This document shows positions 19,053 through 27,739 of a stretch of 64,000 nt of DNA, piece after piece (the stretch's first letter is position 1; each line of letters starts with the position of its first letter). Made by a program: the position numbers and the translations under genes. The stretch is from Nitrospirota bacterium. GTDB lineage: Bacteria > Nitrospirota > Thermodesulfovibrionia > SZUA-242. The DNA lies in NCBI GenBank assembly GCA_016212095.1, contig JACRHH010000024.1, positions 7,482-71,481 on the forward strand. The letters are read 5' to 3'. The notes under the pieces were generated by a model that was given only the letters and a program-made list of their open reading frames with translations, was not told where the DNA came from and did not search any database.

Positions 19053-21002
19053 CTAGAAAAGAAGTTTCACGCCGCCCTCGATCCATCGGCGCGGGTTTTT
19101 ATAGTCAGTGTGCCAGTAGCTCGATCCGTTGAAAAGGTTATGCACGACCATGAAGAACTCCGGCTTTGCCCGTGGCGAAAGAAGAACCGTCTTGCTTGCG
19201 CCTGCGTCCACAATCACGGCGTTGTATTCCGCGCCGTCGCCTGCCGGTGCATCGTGCCAAACGTATTGGCCGGTGACGTTGGCCTTAATGGTGTCCATGT
19301 CATCATAGTGAAGACCGGCAGTGTATCGGTATTTCTTTTTCGACGCATCATCGCCGTTCGGATCGATGTCAACGAACGCCCCCCCGGCCTTGAACGAAAA
19401 GCCTTTTACCGGGCTCGTTTCAGCGTCAATTTCCAAGCCGCGCCTGTGTTCGCTCCCGGCGTTCACAAAAATATCGTTGCAAGCCGAACCGACGCATCCC
19501 GATGGGCCTCCGGCGTAATATGCCTTTTTCTGCACATCGCTTATCCGGTGGTTGAAAAACAGAGCCTTAAGACGCACGCTATTAGCCAGCAGCGTTTCCA
19601 CGCCGGCCTGATACGAGACAGTCTCCTCCGGTTTGATGTTCGGATTAGGATCGAGAAACAGTCCGCCGGCCAGAAGCTCCGCATAGGCCGGCGAGGTAAA
19701 ACCTTTTGATACAGTAGCTCTTAAAATCGTATTCTCACCGGCTCGCCATGTGGCTCCGAGGCTAGGGCTGGTGAAGTCTCCGGCGATTTCGTGATGGTCG
19801 TACCGCACTCCGGGGATAATCGTGAACTGCCCCGCAAGTATGTTGTCGTTTGCAAATACCGCCCAACGCTCGGCGTCAACGATTTTCCGCATCGCCGCAG
19901 GCGCTCCCCATCCCTGAATCGTCGGGCCATATGTTTGCAGGTTGTCAAGCTTGCCTTTTTCATAGTCGGCGCCCACGGTGATTGTCTGGAAATCGCCGCG
20001 ATACGTTACATTTGACCTTACTCCGTTTGTTGTGTCATCGCTTTGCGAACGATTGTACAGCACGCCGCCCAACTCGTTATTGGTACTATCGTATTTCAGC
20101 TTCCGTTGGAATGTCATCAGATATGCGCTGAGAGTATCGCTGATTTCGGAATCGACGACGGCAGATGCGAAGAAATTCCTGTCATTTGTTGAGACTTCAA
20201 GTCCGGTGAAGTCAAGCACGTAGCCATGGCGCGGCTCGCTGTAGCTGGAGGCGATTTTCAATGTGGTGGATTCGCCCAGCTTGAACGACAGCTTGCCGGT
20301 AACATTTGCCGCATCGTAAGACCTTCCGGCCACCAGACCGTCTGATGCCTGATGTTCGGCGTGAATGTAGAAGCCAATCGGCCCCGACCGGCCCCGCGCC
20401 TCGGCGCGAAGATCGCGCGAGTTGCCGCCGCCATACGACGCAAAGAGCGAAACCGGCGGCTGGCCGATCTTCTTCGTGTCTTTGGTGATGATGTTGATAA
20501 CGCCGCCAAGGGCCGATCCCCATGTGGACGACGCCGGGCCTTTCACTATCTCGATCCGCTCGATTATGCCCACCGGTATGTCCTGCGGCGTCGCGCTTCC
20601 CTCAACCAGCATGTTCCACGGAATGCCGTCAACCAGCAATAGCACATGACGGCTGTTCGATCCCTGAATGCTCAGCGATGCGTCGCTACCGAAATCCTGC
20701 CCGAAAAAGCCAACGAACACCCCCGTCGCCCGGTTCAAAACCTCGGCCACCGTATGCGCGCGCATCTCCTCTATCTCGCGCGAGTTGATTATCGTCATGT
20801 TCTCGGCCACCTGCGACAGCGGCTTGGGCGAGCGCGTGGCCGTTATCACAAGCTCGTCCGGATCGAAAAACATCGACAGCATGGCCAGTTCCTTCTCCGC
20901 GGCCTCGTTCATGTCGGCGGCGGACGACGGCGGCGGAGCGGAGAACAGCGCAATTGCGGCGGCAAGACAGAAAAGCGGCAACAGGCGAGACAGGCGGGGC
21001 AT
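19053..21002 (-). CDS. TonB-dependent outer-membrane receptor
   Basis: Signal peptide, ELVITATR, LLVDG, IERIEIVKGPASSTWG, GGVINIIT, C-terminal Phe; RBS AAGGAG. Confidence 0.93.
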   Translation of the reverse strand: MPRLSRLLPLFCLAAAIALFSAPPPSSAADMNEAAEKELAMLSMFFDPDELVITATRSPKPLSQVAENMTIINSREIEEMRAHTVAEVLNRATGVFVGFFGQDFGSDASLSIQGSNSRHVLLLVDGIPWNMLVEGSATPQDIPVGIIERIEIVKGPASSTWGSALGGVINIITKDTKKIGQPPVSLFASYGGGNSRDLRAEARGRSGPIGFYIHAEHQASDGLVAGRSYDAANVTGKLSFKLGESTTLKIASSYSEPRHGYVLDFTGLEVSTNDRNFFASAVVDSEISDTLSAYLMTFQRKLKYDSTNNELGGVLYNRSQSDDTTNGVRSNVTYRGDFQTITVGADYEKGKLDNLQTYGPTIQGWGAPAAMRKIVDAERWAVFANDNILAGQFTIIPGVRYDHHEIAGDFTSPSLGATWRAGENTILRATVSKGFTSPAYAELLAGGLFLDPNPNIKPEETVSYQAGVETLLANSVRLKALFFNHRISDVQKKAYYAGGPSGCVGSACNDIFVNAGSEHRRGLEIDAETSPVKGFSFKAGGAFVDIDPNGDDASKKKYRYTAGLHYDDMDTIKANVTGQYVWHDAPAGDGAEYNAVIVDAGASKTVLLSPRAKPEFFMVVHNLFNGSSYWHTDYKNPRRWIEGGVKLLF

Positions 21003-21174
21003 GGCAACTCCTTGAAAATATGTGCTGAGCCTCCGGGGCATGGAGGCGTTTATAGCATTTCGGCTGAATTACCGGATAGTTTAGCGGTTTTTTCAGGAGA
21101 ATGGGGCAACAAATTGCGAGCGCGGCAATGGCGGGGGCGATTGATTCAGAATTGGAAAAACGGACAGCGCGGGA

Positions 21175-21294
21175 TCAACCCGCCAAGAAAGCCTTCATCA
21201 CAAGGGCAATCACGCCGCCGATGAGCACGCCGAGCATCCACCTGATTACAGCGAGTTCCGCCCTTATTTTATCGAATATCGTCGGAGTAGCCAT
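21175..21294 (-). pseudogene. 39-aa small membrane ORF, probably an internally deleted DUF1640-like gene
   Basis: MATPTIFDKIRAELAVIRWMLGVLIGGVIALVMKAFLAG*; single TM helix. Confidence 0.45.
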
Positions 21295-21310
21295 GCGGTT
21301 AATATATCAC

Positions 21311-21340
21311 AAAAAAGGGCTTCGCCTTGGCGAAGCCCCT
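21311..21340 (-). terminator. Intrinsic terminator downstream of tRNA-Ala
   Basis: Minus strand GGGCTTCGCC-AA-GGCGAAGCCC-TTTTTT. Confidence 0.85.
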
Positions 21341-21350
21341 GTGGTGTTTC

Positions 21351-21426
21351 TGGTGGACGATAAGGGGATCGAACCCTCGACCCCCACGTTGCGAACGTGG
21401 TGCTCTCCCAGCTGATCTAATCGCCC
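21351..21426 (-). tRNA. tRNA-Ala(CGC)
   Basis: 76-nt cloverleaf, anticodon arm CCACG-TTCGCAA-CGTGG, G3:U70, GTTCGA, CCA end. Confidence 0.97.
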
Positions 21427-21484
21427 AAAAACGACGGTGTTAAAAACCGTCGAACATTATAGCATATCAAAAAGCCTTGCGGCA

Positions 21485-22291
21485 TCAATGCGCCCCCGGA
21501 TACACGTTCTTGCCGTAGAATATGTCGGTCATCTCGCGGTTCAGCATCGTCTCCACCGCGTCGCGCTCGCTTTCGGTCATGGCCACGCTTTTCACGCCGA
21601 AGAGGTAGTTGTCCAGATCCACGTCGTCGAGCACCATCTTTGTGTGGAAAAGATTCTCCTGGTGGATGTTGAAGTCTATCGTGCGGTAGCGCCGCAGAAC
21701 GGTTTTGCTTATAAACTCCTGAATGGACAATATCTTGTGGTCGATGAAAAGCTTCCTGCCGCGCGTGTCGCGGGTGAATCCGCGCACCTTGTAGTCGATC
21801 AGAACCACGTCGGACTCGAAGCTCGAAATCAGGTAATTGAGCGCCTTCAGCGGCGAAACCTTGCCGCAGGTGCTCACGTCTATGTCCACGCGGAACGTGG
21901 ATATGCCTGTGCGCTTGTTGGTTTCGGGGTATGTGTGGGAGCAGATGTGGCTCTTGTCCAGATGCGCCAGCACGATGTCCGGCGTGGCGGGCGGATTTAT
22001 CGGGGCCTCGGATATGAGCATGGTCACGCTTGCGCCCATCGGATCGTAGTCTTGCGTGGAGATGTTCAGGATGTTGGCCCCGATGATGTCGGCCACGTCC
22101 TTCATGATCTTTTCGAGGCGGCTGGAGTTGTACTCCTCGTCGATGTACTCCAGATACTCCTTGCGCGCCCTTGCGGTTGTCGCGTAGCAAATATCGTAGA
22201 TATTGAATGTGAGCGTCTTTGTGAGATTGTTGAACCCGGCCAGCCGGAGCTTTTTCTTTCTCGGCTTAGCTTTTCGCTTTGTCTTCCCCAT
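21485..22291 (-). CDS. speD: S-adenosylmethionine decarboxylase proenzyme (E. coli type)
   Basis: [50 protein letters not shown]. Confidence 0.95.
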   Translation of the reverse strand: MGKTKRKAKPRKKKLRLAGFNNLTKTLTFNIYDICYATTARARKEYLEYIDEEYNSSRLEKIMKDVADIIGANILNISTQDYDPMGASVTMLISEAPINPPATPDIVLAHLDKSHICSHTYPETNKRTGISTFRVDIDVSTCGKVSPLKALNYLISSFESDVVLIDYKVRGFTRDTRGRKLFIDHKILSIQEFISKTVLRRYRTIDFNIHQENLFHTKMVLDDVDLDNYLFGVKSVAMTESERDAVETMLNREMTDIFYGKNVYPGAH

Positions 22292-22426
22292 CAAACGACC
22301 TTCCTACAACGCTGATACTCCAGGCAGTCTAACGGCCGGAACTTTCAATTATTTAAAATATCGGCGGGAAAGTCAAACGGCGCTGTAAGTTGCTCAGAGA
22401 GAGAACCGTTCCGATTGCTTAATTAC

Positions 22427-22540
22427 GACTCCCCCCTTTGCGGCGGGTGCGAAAGCCGACTCCCCCCTTTGTGGCGGGTGCGAAAGCCGACTCCCCCCTT
22501 GCCCCCCTCATTGAGGGGGGTGGCGAAGAGCCGGGGGGAG
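22427..22540. repeat. Compound C/G-rich palindromic repeat (two 31-bp tandem units plus one full element)
   Basis: GACTCCCCCCTTTG(C/T)GGCGGGTGCGAAAGCC x2, then ACTCCCCCCTTGCCCCCCTCATTGAGGGGGGTGGCGAAGAGCCGGGGGGAG. Confidence 0.85.
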
Positions 22541-22576
22541 GTAATAACTGAGGGTTGCCCGATTGACCGCCGCCAG

Positions 22577-23272
22577 CTACTTCACTTCCTGCTTCGGCTG
22601 ATCCTTATGCTCCTGATGCTGTCCGCCTCCCATGTAGGCAGACTCCTCGGCGGCCCGGAACGCGGAGGCTTCCTGCGCGCTTATCAGCTTGTCCTGCGAG
22701 CGGTCAACCGCCTTCAACGCGGCCAGCACTTCGCCGTCGCCGCCCTTGCCGTCCTCGAACAGCTTCAGCTTCTCGGCAAACGCCGTGTCGCGAAGCGCCC
22801 TGTAGCGAAGACCGGCCTTGTAGTCGGTGAATGCTTCGGATGAGATGTCGTAAATAATATCGCCGCTGAAGAACACCACCTTGATGCCCTTGCCGCGCAT
22901 CTTCTCGGTTTCGAGTATCTTGCTCATCTCGGCCTCGCGCGAGTCGCAACGGGCCTTCTGGTCGGCCATCTGCCCCTTGATGTCGGACATTCCCTTGTCG
23001 CAATCGGCCTTCTGGGTTGTAACGCTTCTCTCGCAATCGGCCTTCTGCGACGCAAGCTGTTCCTCGCTCTGCCTTCTAAGCTGCGATTCCTTGTTCGCGC
23101 AGTCAACCTTCTGGTCGGCCAAGAGCTTTTCCATCTGGGCCACGCTCTGCTCAAGCTCGGTAATGCGCTTCTTGCCGGTCACGTCATCCATGGACGCGCA
23201 TCCTGCAAGCCCGACAAAAGCCGCGGAAACGGCAATTACCAAAAAGCGGGACAATGATTTGTTGCTATGCAT
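22577..23272 (-). CDS. Hypothetical lipoprotein with Cys-containing coiled-coil repeats
   Basis: Lipobox LAGC; four QKxxC repeats; RBS AAGGAGG. Confidence 0.75.
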   Translation of the reverse strand: MHSNKSLSRFLVIAVSAAFVGLAGCASMDDVTGKKRITELEQSVAQMEKLLADQKVDCANKESQLRRQSEEQLASQKADCERSVTTQKADCDKGMSDIKGQMADQKARCDSREAEMSKILETEKMRGKGIKVVFFSGDIIYDISSEAFTDYKAGLRYRALRDTAFAEKLKLFEDGKGGDGEVLAALKAVDRSQDKLISAQEASAFRAAEESAYMGGGQHQEHKDQPKQEVK

Positions 23273-23453
23273 CGATACTCCCTCCTTGCACGGGATTAAT
23301 GAAATTACTGTTCCGCGTTGCGCGGATACAGGCTCTTTTCGGAAGAAACCGGCGAAACTCAATATAGCAGGGCAACGAACGGCTGTCAAACATGCCGCCG
23401 CTTTTCCGGCTTCTTTGCGTTGGCTGCCCGCTTTCACTATACTAGGCAGACAC

Positions 23454-24365
23454 ATGAAGCATCTTCAGTTAAAAAAGCCGCTCGTATTTCTCGACCTGGA
23501 AACAACCGGAACCAACACAGCATCCGACCGCATTGTCGAAATAGCCCTTGTCAAGATACTGCCGGGCGGCGCGCGCGAGGTGTTCGAAACCCGCATTAAC
23601 CCCGAACGCTCCATACCGGCGGTTGTCAGCCGCATTCACGGCATCACCGACGCCGATGTTGCCGACAAGCCGACATTCAGGGAAACCGCAGGCCGCGTGG
23701 CCGGTTTCATCGAGGGATGCGATCTTGCCGGATTCAATATCATACGGTTCGACATTCCGCTTCTGATAGAGGAATGCAGGCGGGCCGGAATAGAGCTGTC
23801 ACTGGAAGACAGGTCTCTGGTTGACGCGCAGGTCATCTTCCACAAGAAGGAGCCGCGCTCGCTTGAGGCGGCGGTTCAGTACTACTGCGAGCGAGAGCAT
23901 GTGAACGCGCATTCGGCCTTGGGCGACGTCGAGGCCACCATCGACATACTTGACGCGCAGCTTGCACGATACAAGGATGTTCCTGCCGACGCCGAGGCCC
24001 TGCACAATTTTTGCGACCAGAAGAACCCTAATTTCGTTGACAGATTCGGCAAGATGGTCTGGAAAGACGGCGAGGTCTGCATGAATTTCGGCCCGCACCG
24101 GGGCAAGCTGCTTCGCGACATCATCGAAAAGGACGCCACGTTTCTGGACTGGATGCTGCGTAAGGATTTCTCTGTCGAGGTGAAACGGATAATCTCCGAT
24201 GCTATGATGGGGAATTACCCTTCGCCGCCCGGCGATACGGAAGAACCGGCAGCACCCTTGAAACCGGTTCAGGCCGTAAAACCGGTGGCGGAGAATGGCG
24301 CGAATCCTGAGGAAGCTAAAGTGGCAGACAAACCCGCAGATTCAAAGCATCCGCGTTTCTGGTAA
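23454..24365 (+). CDS. DnaQ-like DEDDh 3'-5' exonuclease
   Basis: VFLDLETTG, DRIVEIA, IHGIT, GFNIIRFD, AHSALGD. Confidence 0.9.
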   Translation: MKHLQLKKPLVFLDLETTGTNTASDRIVEIALVKILPGGAREVFETRINPERSIPAVVSRIHGITDADVADKPTFRETAGRVAGFIEGCDLAGFNIIRFDIPLLIEECRRAGIELSLEDRSLVDAQVIFHKKEPRSLEAAVQYYCEREHVNAHSALGDVEATIDILDAQLARYKDVPADAEALHNFCDQKNPNFVDRFGKMVWKDGEVCMNFGPHRGKLLRDIIEKDATFLDWMLRKDFSVEVKRIISDAMMGNYPSPPGDTEEPAAPLKPVQAVKPVAENGANPEEAKVADKPADSKHPRFW

Positions 24366-24393
24366 TTCCATGTCGATTTGGTTGTATAGCGAT

Positions 24394-24441
24394 GTAGACA
24401 GCGGGCTTAAGCCCGCTGTTGAGCAAGAGCATCCCCTCTAC
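24394..24441. repeat. GTAG-flanked REP-like palindrome between convergent genes
   Basis: GTAG-ACAGCGGGCTTAAGCCCGCTGT-...-CTAC. Confidence 0.6.
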
Positions 24442-24476
24442 GGCAATAGTTGAAATAAAAGGGCGCAGCAAGCCGG

Positions 24477-26468
24477 TCACCTGCCCAGCAGCATGTTAAT
24501 CTTGCCGGTGAATTCGTCGATATTGTAAGGTTTCTGTATGAAGTCGTCAGCGCCCATTTTCAGGATCTCGGCAGCCGGCCCCTCCTGATCGTAGCCGCTT
24601 GAAACAAGCACCTTCATGTCGGGACGCAGTTTCTTGATCTCCGGATACGTTTCCCTTCCGCTCATGCGCTTCATTATGATGTCGAGCACCACGAGCGACA
24701 CGTCAGGATTGCGCTTCAGCTCATTGATTGCGCTGTCTCCGTCGTCCACCGCGATCACCCTGAATCCTGCCGATTCCAGTATGTCCGTTGCCACTTCGCG
24801 CACAATGTCCTCGTCATCCACCACCATGACGGTTCCCGATCCCCTCAGATCGGGAATTACTTCATGCTTGCGTAAAGCGGCTCGCGGTTCCGGCGGAGCC
24901 TGTCTGCCGATGTATTTCGCCGCCGGCCAGTAAAGCTCTATTGTCGCGCCGGCTCCTGGGATGCTTTTTGCCGTGATGAGCGCCTTGTTCGTGCGCGTGA
25001 TGCCATATATGGCGGCCATGCCAAGACCTCGGCCCATTCCCTTCGTGGAGTAGAACGGCTCGAACAGCTTGGCCAGCACCTCGTCGGTCATGCCGCAGCC
25101 GTTGTCGGTGACGGTGATGCGGACATACGCCCTGTTGGCGTCGAACTCGGTGAAATCCGGAACATCCTCCGCGAGACACGTGGATATTTTTATGACGCCG
25201 CGCCCCGATATGGCCTCCGAGGCGTTGATGATGATGTTTATCAGCGTCTGGTGAAGCTGGCCCTTGTCGGCCACCAGCGGCGGCAGATCGGGCGCGAGAT
25301 CGGTGATGACGCTTATCTGGCGGTCGATCACGCGGTTTGTGAACTCCAGGACATTGCCCAGGAAATGGTTGATGTCAACCTTCTCCGGGATGAACTTGCC
25401 GCCCTGCGCGTAGGCAAGAAGGCTGCGGGTGAGCTCTGCCATCTTGATGGCGGAATCGCGGATTATCGTGAGCAGCTTGTAGCGGTTGTCCTTGTTGTCC
25501 ACGTGTTTGAGCAGAAGCTCGGAGCTGCCCAGCACTCCAACCAGCAGGTTGTTGTAGTCGTGGGCCACGCCTCCGGCAAGGGTTCCGATGGACTCCATCT
25601 TCTGCGCCTGGAAAAGCTGTTCCTGCAGGCGCTCCTTCTCCTGAACCGCCCTGATCTCGTCGGTCACGTCGATATGCTGGATGACCGCGTTTTTGAGCCT
25701 GCCGGTTGAATCGAGAACCGGAAACATGGAAAAACGTATTATGCGTCGACCCTTTCCGGCAATTTCGTAGTCCGTCTGGAATTCAACCTGTTCGTTTTCG
25801 GCGAACACCCTGTTGACAAGATCGAGATGACCGCCCCGCTCCAGTTCGCTGTCGTCGAAAACCGAGTAGTTGCCGATTATGCCGCCGCCTTTTGTGTTGA
25901 ACATGCGGTTGTAGCGCTCGTTGTGCAGCACGCATACGCCGTCGGCGTCCGTGATCAGCGTGCTGATGGGGCTCTGCATGATGATGCCCTCAAGGAAATG
26001 GCGGGCGTAGGCATGTTCCTCAAGCGATAGGGCGAGATCGCGGCTGTACTCCTTCAGGAAATGGGCCTTCTTGTCCAGCGGCAGATGGTCTCGCCGCCCG
26101 TTGATGTACGACTCCAGCACCGAAAGAAAGCCGTCAACATCTATCGGCTTGGCGATGTAACCGTCGCAGCCTGCCACGAGGCAGCGCTCCCGCGCGCCGG
26201 GATAGGCGTTCGAGGTGATGGCAACTATCGGAATGTCATTAAGATTCTTGCTGTTTTTAAGAATCGTGGCAGCCTCGTTGCCGTCCAGGCCCGGAAGGTT
26301 TATGTCCATCAGGATCAGGTCTGGATTGGTGTCGCCTGCCGCCTTTATGCCGCTCAGGCCGTCGGATGCCTCCACAACCGTATGTCCCGCGGATTCAAGC
26401 AGCTTACGCACCAGCAAAAGATTGTTGAAATCGTCCTCGATGTGAAGAATGCGCGCCATGTTGCTCAC
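24477..26468 (-). CDS. Hybrid histidine kinase (REC-PAS-HisKA-HATPase-REC)
   Basis: ILHIEDD..LMDINLP; QAQKMESIGTLAGGVAHDYNN; DNGCGM, FEPFYSTK, GRGLGM; C-terminal REC. Start GTG 26468 or ATG 26459. Confidence 0.93.
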   Translation of the reverse strand: MSNMARILHIEDDFNNLLLVRKLLESAGHTVVEASDGLSGIKAAGDTNPDLILMDINLPGLDGNEAATILKNSKNLNDIPIVAITSNAYPGARERCLVAGCDGYIAKPIDVDGFLSVLESYINGRRDHLPLDKKAHFLKEYSRDLALSLEEHAYARHFLEGIIMQSPISTLITDADGVCVLHNERYNRMFNTKGGGIIGNYSVFDDSELERGGHLDLVNRVFAENEQVEFQTDYEIAGKGRRIIRFSMFPVLDSTGRLKNAVIQHIDVTDEIRAVQEKERLQEQLFQAQKMESIGTLAGGVAHDYNNLLVGVLGSSELLLKHVDNKDNRYKLLTIIRDSAIKMAELTRSLLAYAQGGKFIPEKVDINHFLGNVLEFTNRVIDRQISVITDLAPDLPPLVADKGQLHQTLINIIINASEAISGRGVIKISTCLAEDVPDFTEFDANRAYVRITVTDNGCGMTDEVLAKLFEPFYSTKGMGRGLGMAAIYGITRTNKALITAKSIPGAGATIELYWPAAKYIGRQAPPEPRAALRKHEVIPDLRGSGTVMVVDDEDIVREVATDILESAGFRVIAVDDGDSAINELKRNPDVSLVVLDIIMKRMSGRETYPEIKKLRPDMKVLVSSGYDQEGPAAEILKMGADDFIQKPYNIDEFTGKINMLLGR

Positions 26469-26709
26469 TTTATTTCGTAGTTCAGTCGTAAACCGTTCAA
26501 TGATTCAACGACAAGCCGTTATAGCACAACGTGTAATGATAACACAGGATCGCCCGCTGTTAATGCAACGATTTCGATCAGCGCAACGTCGCGCCGGACG
26601 CGTTGCAACGTCGCACCCGACCGAACCGGCAAGGCATCCCACCACTTCCGCATGTTTCAACGTGCGGATATGACGCACTTTTTTGCGTCATTGCGTTTCG
26701 CCGGGCGGT

Positions 26710-26725
26710 TGGCACGCCATCTGCT
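26710..26725 (+). promoter_or_regulatory. Sigma54 (-24/-12) promoter upstream of hsp20-hsp20-clpB
   Basis: TGGCAC-GCCAT-CTGCT (GG-N10-GC); upstream dyads at 26647-26691. Confidence 0.7.
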
Positions 26726-26788
26726 TATTAGAAAGCGTCAACGCAATGCGCGTTGGATGAAATACAGATCGGAAGGAGGATGAGGAAC

Positions 26789-27229
26789 ATGTTACTTCAG
26801 GTACAGGAACGGGCATGGAACCCGTGGCATGAGCTCGAACGCATGGAGGCCGAGATCAGCCGGATTTTCGGTGATATGGGCTTAAGCGGCGCGCCCGCTT
26901 TTCCGGCGCTGAACGCATGGACAGGCGAGGAAGATGTGGTGGTGACCGCCGAACTGCCGGGCATCGAGCCAAAAGACATCGAGATTTCGGTGATCGACAA
27001 GACGCTCGCCATCAAGGGCGAGCGTACCGAGGTGAAGGAGACGGATGGAAGGACGTATCACAGGCGTGAACGGAGTTTTGGCCGGTTTGTCCGCAAGCTC
27101 GATCTGCCGTACAGGATCGAGACAGGCAGTGTTTCGGCGAAGTTCGCCAACGGCGTGCTGAAGGTTACGCTGCCGAGGGCGGAAGAGGACAGGCCGAGAA
27201 AGATCGCCATCGAGGCGACTGCGAATTGA
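26789..27229 (+). CDS. Hsp20/alpha-crystallin small heat-shock protein
   Basis: AELPGI, IKGER, RRERSFGRF, NGVLKVTLP; start 26780 or 26789. Confidence 0.93.
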   Translation: MLLQVQERAWNPWHELERMEAEISRIFGDMGLSGAPAFPALNAWTGEEDVVVTAELPGIEPKDIEISVIDKTLAIKGERTEVKETDGRTYHRRERSFGRFVRKLDLPYRIETGSVSAKFANGVLKVTLPRAEEDRPRKIAIEATAN

Positions 27230-27246
27230 GCGAGGAGGTGAGGGAT

Positions 27247-27627
27247 ATGACCAGCGAGAAGACCAACGTTGAATGTTGCGCGACGACTGCTCCGGAGAAG
27301 GTGTTCCGTCCGCATACCGACATATACGAAGACGGCGATAACTTCTATATAGAGGTTGACATGCCGGGCGTGGATGAGCATGGCCTCGATCTTGCGATCG
27401 AGAGAAACATGCTCACCATATGCGGCACGGTGAAGGCGGAAGAGTTTCCGGGCCACCATCAGGTTTTCAGGGAGCATGAGGCGGGAGGCTACCGCCGGAC
27501 ATTCACGCTGCCCGATGAAACCGACCGCGACCATATTCAGGCAACGATCAAAAACGGCGTTCTTTACATGCTCGTGCCGAAGGCGGCTCCGGCAACGGCA
27601 AGAAAGATCGAGGTGACGGCGGGTTGA
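27247..27627 (+). CDS. Hsp20/alpha-crystallin small heat-shock protein
   Basis: PHTDIYE, DMPGV, YRRTFTL, NGVLYMLVPK; RBS GAGGAGG. Confidence 0.9.
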   Translation: MTSEKTNVECCATTAPEKVFRPHTDIYEDGDNFYIEVDMPGVDEHGLDLAIERNMLTICGTVKAEEFPGHHQVFREHEAGGYRRTFTLPDETDRDHIQATIKNGVLYMLVPKAAPATARKIEVTAG

Positions 27628-27652
27628 TAACAGCGTAACATTGCATATCACA

Positions 27653-27723
27653 GTACGGGCGAACGGCTGTTCGCCGTGTAGAGACGCATGATTATGTAGA
27701 GACGCATGATTATGCGTCTCTAC
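27653..27723. repeat. Cluster of REP-like palindromes with an 18-bp duplication
   Basis: GTACGGGCGAACGGCTGTTCGCCGT; GTAGAGACGCATGATTAT x2 followed by GCGTCTCTAC. Confidence 0.75.
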
Positions 27724-27739
27724 AAATAAGAGGAAACCA

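Noticed and set aside
16170..21350. Integrative element or prophage at tRNA-Ala
   Set aside because: No integrase, phage genes or duplicated tRNA 3' end found by eye; only an accessory-like gene cluster
22427..22540. 31-bp repeats as a CRISPR array, or ORF 22415..22843 as a gene
   Set aside because: No spacers; the ORF is a translation of the palindromic element plus antisense of the lipoprotein gene
22881..23453. N-terminal extension of the exonuclease ORF given in the track
   Set aside because: It overlaps the divergent lipoprotein gene; DEDDh homology starts at ATG 23454
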